Positions 25,265-37,125 of a DNA stretch of 64,000 nt are shown here, piece after piece. The DNA is taken from contig NC_073378.1 of the NCBI RefSeq assembly GCF_028641065.1, positions 114,018,001 through 114,082,000 of the forward strand. The letters are read 5' to 3'. The notes beneath the pieces were generated by a model, which did not search any database, was not told where the DNA came from, and saw only the letters and a program-made list of their open reading frames with translations. How positions within the stretch are numbered: position 1 is the first letter of the stretch; each line of letters opens with the position of its first letter. The position numbers and the translations under genes were made by a program. The stretch is from Leucoraja erinacea (Eukaryota).

Positions 25265-26877
25265 CAGTGGCTCGCTAAAGTATTCATACCCCTTGAACTT
25301 TTCCACATTTTGTCATGTTACAACCACAAACGTAAATGTATTTTATTGGGATTTTATGTGATAGACCAACACAAAGTGGTGCATAATTGTGAAGTGGAAG
25401 GAAAATGATACATGGTTTTCAGATTTTTTTACAAATAAAAAACTGAAAATTGTGGCGTGCAAAAGTATTCAGTCCCCCTGAATCAATACTTTGTAGAACC
25501 ACCTTAAGCTGCAATTACAGCTGCAAGTCTTTTGGGGTATGTCTCTACCAGCTTTGCACATCTATAGACTGAAATTTTTGCCCATTCTTCTTTGCAAAAT
25601 AGCTCAAGCTCAGTCAGATTGGATGGAGAGCGTCTGTGAACAGCAATTTTCAAGTCTTGCCAGAGATTCTCAATTGGATTTAGGTCTGGACTTTGACTGG
25701 GCCATTCTAACACATGAATATGCTTTGATCTAAACCATTCCATTGTAACTCTGGCTGTATGTTTAGGGCCGTTGTCCTGCTGGAAGGTGAACCTCCGCCC
25801 CAGTCTCAAGTCTTTTGCAACCTCTAACAGGTTTTCTTCCAAGATTGCCCTGTATTTGGTTCCATCCATCTTCCCATAAATCTGACCAACTTCCCTGTCC
25901 CTGCTGAAGAAAAGCATCCCCACAGCATGATGCTGCCACCACGTTTCACAGTGGGGATGGTGTGTTCAGGGTGATGTGCAGTGTTAGTTTTCCGCCACAC
26001 ATAGAGTTTTGCATTTAGGCCAAAAACTTCAATTTTGGTCTCATCTGACCAGAGCACCTTCCTCCACATGTTTGCTGTGTCCCCCACATGGCTTGTGGCA
26101 AACTGCAAACGGGACTTCTTATGGCTTTTTTTCAACAATGGCTTTCTTCTTGCCACTCTTCCATAAAGGCCCGATTTGTGGAGTGCACGACTAATAGATG
26201 TCCTGTGGACAGATTCTCCCACCTGAGCTGTGGATCTCTGCAGCTCCTCCAGAGTTACCATGGGCCTCTTGGCTGCTTCACTGATCAATGCTCTCCTTGC
26301 CCGGCCTGTCAGTTTAGGTGGACGGCCATGTCTTGGTAGGTTTGGAGTTGTGCCATACTCTTTCCATTTTCGGATGATGGATTGAAAAGTGCTCCGTGAG
26401 ATGTTCAAAGCTTGGGATATTTTTTTATAACCTAACCCTGCTTTAAACTTCTCCACAACTTTTTCCCTGACCTGTCTGGTGTGTTCCTTGGGCTTCATGA
26501 TGCTGTTTCTTCACTAATGTTCTCTAACAAACCTCTGAGGCCTTCACAGAACAGCTGTATTTATACTGAGATTAGATTACACACAAGTGGACTCTATTTA
26601 CTAATTAGGTGACCTCTGAAGGCAATTGGTTGCACTGGATTTTATTTAGGGGTATCAGAGTAAAGGGGGCTGAATACTTTTGCACCCCACACTTTTCAGT
26701 TTTTTATTTGTAAAAAAATTTGAAAACCATGTATCATTTTCCTTCCACTTCACAATTATGCGCCACTTTGTGTTGGTCTATCACATAAAATCCCAATAAA
26801 ATACATTTACGTTTGTGGTTGTAACGTGACAAAATGTAGAAAAGTTCAAGGGGTATGAATACTTTTGCAAGCCACTG
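25265..26877 (-). mobile_element. Passport-like Tc1 transposon, copy 1; transposase pseudogene at 25483-26498
   Basis: TIRs CAGTGGCT...AAAGTATTCATACCCCTTGAAC, TA TSDs; MKPKEHTRQVREKVVEKF...WSDETK intact, then a 3-bp deletion near 25942, a 1-bp frameshift near 25880 and a late stop near 25504. Confidence 0.96.
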
Positions 26878-27174
26878 TATGTATACATTCTTGGCTAATA
26901 ACATGTATTCAATTCAATTGAAATTTAAGAGTTTGAAATGCAATTCTCGCAAATGAAGTTGGACATAAAATTGCATATGCAGAATTTTTGGCAGTTCACG
27001 TCCTCAAATGTCTGGCAAATGTCTGGCAAAATATATAATGGTTTGCTTTGAAGTCAAAACCTCACCAAATATGATGGCAAGATATTACTCCATTAATCAA
27101 AGCTGACCCTCATGGAAGATACCTGGGGAAATTCACCACTTTCAGGCCAAAGACTTAAGAGCTTCTGATAAGGA

Positions 27175-27443
27175 ACGGCACAGTGGCATAGCGGTAGAAC
27201 TGCTACCAGAGAACTGTGTTCAATCCTAACTACAGATGCTGTCTGTGTGGAGTTTGTATGTTCTCTCTGTGACTATGTGGGTTTTCTCCCACACTCCAAA
27301 GGCATACAGGTTTGTAGGTTAATTGACTTCAGTAAAATTGTAACATCACTTGTGCAGGACAGTGTTAGCGGACAGGGTGATCGCTGGTTGGCATAAATCC
27401 GTAGGCCGAAGGACCTGTTCCTATGCTGTATCTCTAAATAAAT
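27175..27443 (+). mobile_element. tRNA-derived V-SINE (HE1-like) with CR1 tail
   Basis: A-box-like agtggcatagcggtag, B-box-like gttcaatcc, V-domain tgtgtggagtttgtatgttctc..., tail gccgaaggacctgtt...tgctgtatctctaaa. Confidence 0.8.
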
Positions 27444-28372
27444 GCGACCCCTGCATTACACCCATTCAGATACAGAAACTTGCCCCGACAAAATTCACGT
27501 CACTACCGCAAACTTTGATTTATGGGATAAAATTCACTCACATAATTGATGTAGAATAAAAGAATAGCATTGCAGCCTGCATTTCTTGCCACATGCTCAG
27601 ATGACACTGCTTTGCGTAATGGAAAATCATAATTCTACCAGTTTACTCGGAACACAAATTCCCCCTATAAAATAGGGGTCACCTGTAACACCAGAAAGAA
27701 AACCATGCTCTCACTTGCATCCCCTATTTCAACACTCTACCATGATACATTAGGCTAATGGTTTTCTTGCAAGATACATTTTGCATACAACCCAATTCTC
27801 CGGAGACCTCCGCCCAGTGATCTGCATTATTATGCTCTCTTAACTAAATAGAATGAGACTCGCTTCTCATAGACTTTTCAAACATTCACATTGCCTTTTC
27901 AGTATCCTTCTAAAACAGAAATCCCACAACTGGTCCCCAGGTATCTTTGACGAGGGTCTATAGGTTTAACATGAAGGAAAAAGATTTAATAGGAACCACA
28001 GGGATCAACTTTTTCCACAGAGGATGGAAACACATCTACCCACATGCCACAAACCTCGATTAAATGGGGCTTAAATGTCAATTGCAATCTGCCATGTAAC
28101 ATATTTGGCCCCTGTATATTTACAATCACTATTTTTGCCAATAATTCAAGAAAAATCTCTAACCACAGCCTTTAAATGTCTTGGTGGCGTTTCCTGCTTC
28201 TAGTTCCACAATATCTTACCGAACAATGTTCTATGCTACCTTTTATAGTCAATCCCCTCATTCCACTATGGAAGACGATGCCTTCAAATGTGTATGTATG
28301 TACCTAGAGTTCCATTCCTAACATATCCACTTCTCACTTCTACAAAAACCTTTAACTAATTTAATTAAACTA

Positions 28373-28885
28373 CAGCACGGTGGCGCAGCAGTAAAGTTAG
28401 CTGTCGGCCCATAAGGTCATTAGGAATTCCCATTCTAGGTGACGTAGAACAATGGGCTAGAGTTCCGACCGGAAGGTAGCCGGCCCAAATCAATACTGTC
28501 CTACACTCACCCATCATTCAATGGAATGGCGGCAGGCGCTCTCCCTTTCAGGGGAGATGCTTGCCGTTGTCTCTGTACTGTACACTGACAATGACAATGC
28601 CAATCTTTTTTCACAGCGCCAGCGCCAGACGGGTGCTCGATCCTGACTACAGGTGTTGTCTATACAGAGTTCGTACGTTCTCCCCGTGACCTGCGTGGGT
28701 TTTCTCCAGGTACTCTAGTTTCCTCCCACACTCCAAAGACGTACAGGTATGTAGGTTGATTGGCATCGGCAAAATTGTAAATTGTCCCTAGTGTATGTAG
28801 GATAATGTTAGTGTGAGGGGATCTCTGGTCGGTGCAAACTCGGTGGGCCGAAGGGCCTGTTTCTGCACTATATCTCTAAAATAAC
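28373..28885 (+). mobile_element. V-SINE interrupted by an insertion of about 205 bp (28404-28610)
   Basis: cagcacggtggcgcagcagta[insert]tcacagcgccag...gagttcgtacgttctccccgtgacctgcgtgggtttt...gggccgaagggcctgtttc. Confidence 0.8.
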
Positions 28886-31845
28886 CAACCTAATTTATCC
28901 TTCCAACAGTTTGACGTGCCTCAAGTGCTTTAGGAACTTTGCATGTGGACAACCACCCTTGTTTCCAAGGGGGTATGCTGCATTGAGTTCCGAGATTGCT
29001 ATTTTCCATAACATGAAGCAGTATCATTTGCACAATTTGGAAAAAAACGTGTTTATTTACTTGTTTTTACACAAATTTCATGAGCACGAATTTTATTCCG
29101 TTTCTCAACTTTTTGGATAGTCATTTGAGAGATATCAGGAGGAAATATCCATCACCCAAGCAACTGCAACTTGTGGGCATGTGTGTGTGGAAGGGATTAC
29201 CTAAAACACCGTTACACAGTTAAGGCTTCTGTTAGTTGAGAGAATCAGGCTTCCAATAAAAGTGACATTTTTAGATTAATTGCATCAATTTACAAACTTG
29301 CATGAAAAATAATCATTACATTTCAGTAAATAACTTCATCCCCAATGGACCCATATTTACCCTTCGATGTGCAACTCAACCACTTGTTCTTTGAAACACT
29401 TTGGTCCCTATTGGTAAAATATGCTTAAAATGGGTATTTGACATTTAAAAACTAGAAATAAATTATTCTGGAGTGGTTTTTATTATCGATCACAATAGTA
29501 TCTTCAATGATGTGATACAGGTTTGAAGGCATAATCCACTGTTAACACAGCAAAGCCAGTTCCCACTTCATCAACTGCACTTGCTAAAAATTCTGGGACC
29601 GTGGTACCGTGTTCTATTTCTTCAGTTTTTGTTTATTTGTACTGAAAAATGTTGATGTGTAAAAGTGCAATGCTTTTAATCATTACAGTGCAGAAACTCA
29701 TTACAGCTAACTATCAGGTCGTCTTTGAACTCATCTAAAAACATGTATTAATACTGTGCATTCACATAAAAAGTTGATAAAGCATTAAATGTACTCCAAG
29801 AAAGTTTACATTAATTTAATACAAAAGTGGCATAAATCTCAAAATCAGACTCTGCTACTACTTCACATTGCTTTCGGGCCATAAACATTGTACGGATTGA
29901 CTCGTGGGTATGGTGTATTGTTTGAATACTGTAAACATTTGACTGATCAACTTAAACTTCCTACTTCCTAATGCACTTCTGTTTTTCTCTTTTTTATTTT
30001 AGTCAGTTCAATTAGGAGATATGGTTCTGAGCAATAAAAATCACTCAAGAGTTTAATGAAAGAAGCAAAATCTGTTGTCTCAGTTGCAAACCCAGCACGA
30101 TGGGGAAAATAACCTTCCTTTCTGCTGGAGTATATTAACTTGTTTCTTATTATTTTAACCACCCAAGCTACATCTTTTCTGAATTAACAATTCTCAAAGT
30201 AACTGTATGTAAATGCTAGCACTCCATCATTCAGTGGAAGATAGTTCGAAGATGTATTTCAGCAGCTTGAGACTATTCTTTTACATGGCAAAAATCCAAT
30301 TGATAATTTACCAGTTATTCAGTGCTAACTATGGAAAGTTATAAGTTTATTTTCACTGTTTGAGTTATTATGGCCTTTGGTCTGTTGTGTTGTCACAGCA
30401 ACTAAGACTTACCCAATTAAATTTTTGATCGAAGTTGAATCCCATCCCAGGATACTGATGGTGAGTGATTTGGTAACAGTCATACTTTTGGATCTCTTGG
30501 TGGATATTGTCAGTCTCTTGTACCTCAAGCCCTCAGTTTCACCTAGCTGCATATGTGTGTTTTTACAATACAGGCTACAAAAAGTATGACATCATACATA
30601 AAACTGAAGTTCACAATTAAATTATTTCAACACGATTCAGATTAATCAAAAACCCTCACAGCGGCAGTACATGGCAGGGAGAGATAGTAAATGAAGTTTG
30701 AGAAAATTTCATTAATGAACAAAATTCCTTGTTTAACATGCGTTCCTATGTGTTTTTTCACACTTTAAGTTTGGTGTCCACCATAACATGAAACTTAGAA
30801 AGACATTTTTTTCTAAACCATGATAGCTGATTTCTTCACTTTTGCTGTTTTTCAACATACAAATGTACTTTCTTGCTATAAACATGGAGTATGTGACCAA
30901 ATGAGCAAGATCCCTGTTACCTACTGAAACGTGCGTTGCACGCGTTACACAGTGTCCAAGGGTGGACACCAAAATGAAAGTAGCTCCAGTTTCTTCCAGT
31001 ATTTTTTTTTGTGATTTCTTTCTCATGTTTTGAATAAACTTTATGGACGTAATTGTCCATACATAATAAGAGACTGCAGGTACATAATTTGATGGAAATA
31101 TAGCTACTGCAAAATGCTGGTGTTATGCGTGTGATGGTGGACACCAAAAATATTCATTAATTTTGGCATGCAACAGCTTTTACAGAATCTTGATATGAAG
31201 GTCACTTTCTTCTCATAATTTCATTATCTATTGAGTACTTCAAACTAGAAAAAATTCAATCTCATTGGGAAGTTCCTTGGTCTTAATTTACCGTTGTGGT
31301 GTAACGGTGGTTACTCTAAAATAGGGCAGACACCAAGTGTAATCACCGTTACACTCTTTGAAATATGGCCATTCAGAGCACTTAATGCCAAATTCATCAA
31401 TAGTTTTGCTTATTACTGTGAAACATGCATCTCTGCAAAGCAACAAACTTGAAAATGTTTTGAATTATAATGAGATAAATGCAGAAATTGCCTCTTTATT
31501 TCATTGTGTCAAAGCATGTCACATCATTGGTGTCCTAAAAATTTATATATTTGAGATATAAACTGATTGAATTAGGGAATTAATTTAATTCCTAACTTGA
31601 TTTTATATCTACTATCTCTTGCACGTTTGAGTAACAATCCCTGAACAAATTAACACCATACTACTTGAAACAGTGGAGATATGACATTTTTAATGTTCTG
31701 TGCTGAAATCTCTCCAGTATTGTAAAAATACACATATGGATACAAATTGTTTCATTAATTGGTGTTAATCAGTTCAGGTTGTAATCATCAGCTGACATGT
31801 CCACCTTATGATACGGGCTATTGATGGAGAAAGTGTAGAGAGTTA

Positions 31846-32062
31846 TGGGCCTGTCCCACTTAGGCAACTCTTTAGGTGATTGCCAGGGATTAGTTTTAAA
31901 GGAATTATCCTACGACACCTGGTGAGAACCTACGACAGTACCTACGACTACACCTACGTCAACCTACGACAGCAAAAATTGTCGCCACCGTCAGCGAAAA
32001 TGTTTCAACATTTTGAAAATTTTGCAGCAGTCGCCCAAATAATCGCCTAAGTGGAAGGCCCA
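31846..32062. mobile_element. PIF/Harbinger-type MITE with internal ACCTACGAC repeats
   Basis: TIRs tgggcctgtcccacttaggc and gcctaagtggaaggccca; TTA on the left, TTT on the right. Confidence 0.75.
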
Positions 32063-33039
32063 TTTGTCCCAGGAGCGTTTTCTCAAAGTCCAACAGTGAC
32101 GTCCTGCAGCTGAGGCTTTACAACTGCGATAGAATTTCCTGTGTTACTTCCGAGTTTATACAATGGAGTTTTCTCCAATATTCCCATTGAAACCGTTTTG
32201 CCAGGACTCCCTGATACCAAATTCAATTGAACTCAGCCATAATATCTGTCATTAACACATTACCTTTTGAAGTCAGTACTCCATCGTTGAACCAAATCTG
32301 GTTGTCCTTGCAAACTCAAACTTAGCAGGCAATAACTAACTGGTTACCTAAAGACAGGCTTAATTATACATTGCATTACCTCATTGATGAATGAAAACTC
32401 CTTCAGCTTCAGTGGATTGGATATTGTTAGTTAAATACGCTGGTGTAGCTGGACTGGGACAGCTTGACTAGAGGCATAACTATAGGCATGGAAGTCATGA
32501 AGCAGAGAAGACACTGCCTGTCCCTTTTGCAGTATTCTTTATATTAACATTGGTGAACTCAGAAAGCAACCATCCTCGCTTAAGTCAGTTGCAAATAGTT
32601 CAATGTTATTGCCTTTCAACTGGGTATGGAAAATGTTCATCTGATCTGTCAATTTGGGGATTGTTTTTTGTAGTTTCCATTATTTAGAATGCAAATTTGT
32701 TTACTTTTCTCCTACTTTTCTTTTCTCCTCGTCGTGGAGGACATGCCCAACCTGACTTGCTGTGTACGTCTTCCTGCTCTGAATTTCCCAACTCCCACAT
32801 TCTTTTGCCTGTTCTCATTCTGTTTCAATTCACTAAATGCCGAGATAACCAGATTCTCAATGCCCAGATAACCCAACAAGCTCCTAATGCCTCCTTCCCA
32901 GATCTGAAAAAATGTCCATAATATGAAACAGTAACTGTTTCTCTCCCTATAGATACACCTGATCTGCTGAGTATTTCCAATATTTTTTGTTCTTATTTCC
33001 AATTTCCACACAAAACTTTGCGCCATAGAAGACACAACA

Positions 33040-33460
33040 GTCAACTTGAGATGCACTCTATCTCCAACTATCCACACACTGACACACAGCAGTAGCAGTT
33101 TCTACCATCTACACGATGCACTGCAATAACTCATCGTGACTCCTTAGACAGCACTTTCAAAAATCTATGACCTCTACTAGCTAGAAGAAACAAGGCCAGC
33201 AAAAGCATCTGAACACCAGCTTAGTAGTTGCCATCCAAACTGCATACCACCCCGAGTTGAAAATATGTCACAGTTCCTTCATCATTACTGTGTCAAACCC
33301 CTGCAATTCTCTCCATAAAAGTATTCTCGGTATATCTATACCCGAAGGACTGCAGTGGCTCAAGGCAGCAGCTCACCAGCACCCTCTCAAGAGCAATTAA
33401 GGATAGACAATTGTATGCTGCCTCAGTCTGTGAAATCCACATCACTTGAATGAATAAAAA
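33040..33460 (+). mobile_element. Old CR1-type LINE 3' end
   Basis: ...gtgactccttagacagcac...ggactgcagtggctcaaggcagcagctcaccagcaccctctcaagagcaattaaggat...aatgaataaaaa; a reverse-complement relative lies at 62690-62960. Confidence 0.65.
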
Positions 33461-34096
33461 TAGCTGATTATGCATTTTGAAGGTGCAAATGTTTTCATAG
33501 AGGTTGCCCACTGCTGGCTCAAGTTTAAATAACTGTTCTGTAATTTGTTTTTTTTTCCCTACGTGGCTTTGTAGACAATAGTACAGCATTAACAATCCTT
33601 TAATCCTCTGGGATCTCATTTAGCCATGGAAGATATTTAAAAAAGTATTCACAATTTTCTGCCTTTTAACAGCTTATGATATATTTCACTTGACAAGATT
33701 TCCATTCTTGGAGATAATTAACCCCTTACTTATTCTTTTTTAGGGTTATCCCATCAAATATTGCACACATTTCTGCCTTGACTACAACTTTGGGAAAGTA
33801 CCCTTTTTAGTGAATGCAGTCACAAAATATTATGAAGCTTGTGCATTCTCCGTTCCACACAGATTACCTCTTTGGTTCTTAACTGATCTGTTCTCACCTT
33901 AGATATCCTTTTGCCTCTTACGTAGTTAGAAAAACTACTCTTGGAGTTTTTTATTTTACTGTTGATATTTTCTTATATCGTTGCTCTACCTTCTTAATTT
34001 CCCTTTCAACTTTACTCCTCCATTCCTATAATCTATCAGGCTTGCAGTTCAATGCCCAATATCCAAATCCCTTTTCCGTCTTATCCCATTTTCTGC

Positions 34097-34955
34097 AAGA
34101 TACAAGATACATTTATTCATCACATGTGCCAGATGGCACAGTGAAATGAAATTCCCATACAGCCATACAATAAAAAAAGGGACACAACACACTATAGGGT
34201 TTGACATAAAACATCCCCACACAGCAGAATCAAAGTTTCCCACTGTGTGGGAAGGCACCAAAGTCAGTCTCTTCCTCCATTGTTCCCCGTGGTCAGGGCC
34301 TCCCCGTGCCCTCCGCAGTTGCCGCTACGGGCGGCCCGATGTTCAGGACCGCTCGCCGGGGTGTTGTAAGTCCGACGTCGGGGCTGCGGGACGTCCTCAG
34401 CGGCGTGGACACCAGAGTCGGCCCCCTCCTACCGGAATCGGCGGCTTCCAAAGTCCGCAGGCCGCGCCGGGTGGAGACTGCTGCTGGAGACCCTCTGCAA
34501 GGCGCCCCAGGACTCCACGATGTTGTTCAGCGCCGCCCGCGTTGGAAGCTCTCCGCACCAGAGCTCCACGATGTTGGAGCAACGGCCCAACGCTCCGGAG
34601 CTCCAAACGGCGACCCAGGTAGGCATCGCCTGCTCCGCGGTGACTCCAGCGCTGCGCCGCCGCTGTAGCAGCCCTGGTCCGGTTCCCGGTCCCCGGCAGA
34701 AAAGACCGCTCCGATCCAGCTGGTAGGCCGCGAGGTGGGGGGCGAGGACGCGACTCAGAGAAATAGTCACGTCCCCGCCAGGAAGAGACTGGGAAACGGT
34801 TTCCCCCTTCCCCTGCCCCCCCCCCCCCCCCCCCCACATAGAAAAGTAAAAGTTTCCCCCGACACAAAACTTTAGACTAACTAAAAATAAAAAAAAGATT
34901 GAAATAACAGACAGGCTGTAGGTAGAGGCTGCCGCCAGTGCAGCGCCCCTAGTGT
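34097..34955 (-). mobile_element. Non-autonomous GC-rich retroelement with a LINE-type (TCTTGTA)n tail
   Basis: The + strand starts aagatacaagatacatttatt (tail and AATAAA on minus), followed by a CpG-rich core without a credible ORF; its 3' part resembles the insert at 54827-55037. Confidence 0.6.
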
Positions 34956-36689
34956 CAGCCATTGGGTTTCTGATTGTTTGAAAATAGCCACAACTATCCA
35001 TTTTTGACCACGGTATAACAAAAGCACATGAGGAAAAGGCAGCTAAAGTAAACTCCAATGTTCAACTCTCTGATTGTTTGAAAATCCAGAGGATTCAGCA
35101 ACTGACACACTGCGTGCAGGCCACGTTCCCACGCTCCCTTTAAATTCGCCTGGTATGCAAGAAATTATACTGCTATGTAAAGTCCAAATTAAAAGTTAAA
35201 AGGTATGCTTGGAGTATTCATTGGAGTAACGTATGATTGAAATGAAATTCTACCAGTCTGGCACCAAAGCTGCAAGCATGCTGGATTAATTGTATTTTAC
35301 TGTTAATGGAGATGAGCCACACATGATCAAAGAGTGCTGGAAATGAATCAAGGGGCTGAATAGTTTACTCCTACATTCTTCTTACATCCTTCTTACATTC
35401 ATATCCAATCCACCTACATGTTTTTAAATTTTCATTAATATCATTGATTTCTGTTCAGACAATCCTCTTCCAATCACTTAGGGACATTAAACGATGAATC
35501 TGGTCACCTCTCTGGTTCTCCAGTTAATCATCTTAACCTTATAACTTACTTGTCAAATGTCTTGAAATTGAAAATAGCTCTTCCTTTTTCCCTCCATCAA
35601 CCCTAACCGACCAACCAACACCAACCACCCTCCTCCGCGCCCCCCCCGATCCCTCACTCAATTTAGCAAGTTGATGTAAAGTGGCAGGTGATGTACTGTC
35701 AGCAATTGCTATTAGTCTTCAGGTTAAGAAATTTGGATAATTTTAATAGAAATTCTGCAGTAGTCATAAGGGCAACATGGTTAAGGGGCTAGACACAGCT
35801 CCCTGTAGCATGTAAGTGTCCAGAAGACTGTGTTGCCTGCTTGGTGACAGAGTGAAGGATATTCCTTTTTCACTGAAGAAATTGGAATGGGAGGTGGAGG
35901 ATCCAGCCCCTGTGGTCCATGGAGGCACCAAGAACAAAGCTAAAATGAAAAAGAAGGTAATGATAACAAAACTGATAAAAAACAAGGTTGATAATCTCCT
36001 TATTCTTATTTTAACCACATGTGAACTGGCAAAAGGTAAATAGGATTGATGGAGATTGCATGGCTGAAAGCATGGGGTGAGAGAAATGTGTTCCGATTCA
36101 TGGAACGCTGCCCTAATACTGGGGAAGAAGAGCAGTTCTGTGGGATGGACTCCACCTGAACCTTTGTACGACCAGTGTTCTGATGAATCACAACTAGAGC
36201 TGAAGATCACATTTTATTTAGGACAAGGGAAGGGTCTGTGAACAGAAGGTTTAATAAATCAAGAGGAAATGAAAGAGTAGCTGCAGAAGATAATAAAGTG
36301 GGAACTGAAGGTCATAAATTTATAGTCAAGGGCAGAAGAGGCAAATTAGAAAACAAAACAGAGCAAATCCAGAGTTGTACATAACTGTTTAAAAAAACAA
36401 ATCTAATATTCTTTATTGAAATGACATGTCATTGGCAACAAGGCAGGGGGGGTGATAGCATGATAGCATTTATAAAAACTCAAAATACAAGGCATTAAGT
36501 ATTGGAGAAATGCAGGGAATTCTAGGCAGAGAAGTGCCCAGGACCCAATGGACAGCACGCTAAGGTTTTAAATCAAGAGGCTGCACAGAAATAAACCCAA
36601 TGGCTGAATATTTTGCGAAAAAGCACCACACTCAGAAGATACCAGAAGATTGAAAAACAGACAATGTGACTCCCTTGGAAATGTTAAAC

Positions 36690-37125
36690 AGGTTGAGACT
36701 ATTCATTGGAGTTTGGAAGAATGAGGGGAACTTATTGAAAGAAAGATTCTTATAAGTCTAGATTGTGTAAATATTAACAGGATGCTTCCTCTCAAGAGCA
36801 AGTCTAGAACCAGTTGTCTCAGAATAAAATGAGTCAATTTAAGACAAAGATGAGTAAGAATATCTTCTGAGGATTGGGTCTTTTGAACTTATTGTCACAG
36901 AGAGCTTTGGGGACAAGAGTCCTCAAATCCTCTGGTTCGTATATGGAACAAGCTGCAGGAGAAAACAACTGAACAGGTACAATCAGAACATGCAAAGACA
37001 CTTCAACAGATACATGGATATGAAAGATTTAAGAGGGTTATGTGCCAACCACAGACAAATGGGATCAGGTTGGGTTGGTCGGCATGGACAAGAGGTGGGA
37101 AAGGGTCTATTTCCTTGCTGCATGA
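36690..37125 (+). mobile_element. Degenerate CR1 LINE 3' fragment
   Basis: aggttgagactattcattggagtttggaagaatgagggg...tctagaacc...aagggtctatttccttgctgcatgact. Confidence 0.6.

Noticed and set aside
27175-27240. tRNA genes at SINE heads (also 28373 and 61405)
   Set aside because: The A/B boxes run into the V-domain and a LINE tail, and no cloverleaf can be formed.
31905-31975. Short ACCTACGAC repeats with spacers, superficially CRISPR-like
   Set aside because: The repeats are about 9 bp with tiny spacers inside a TIR-bounded MITE in a vertebrate intron, and there are no cas genes.
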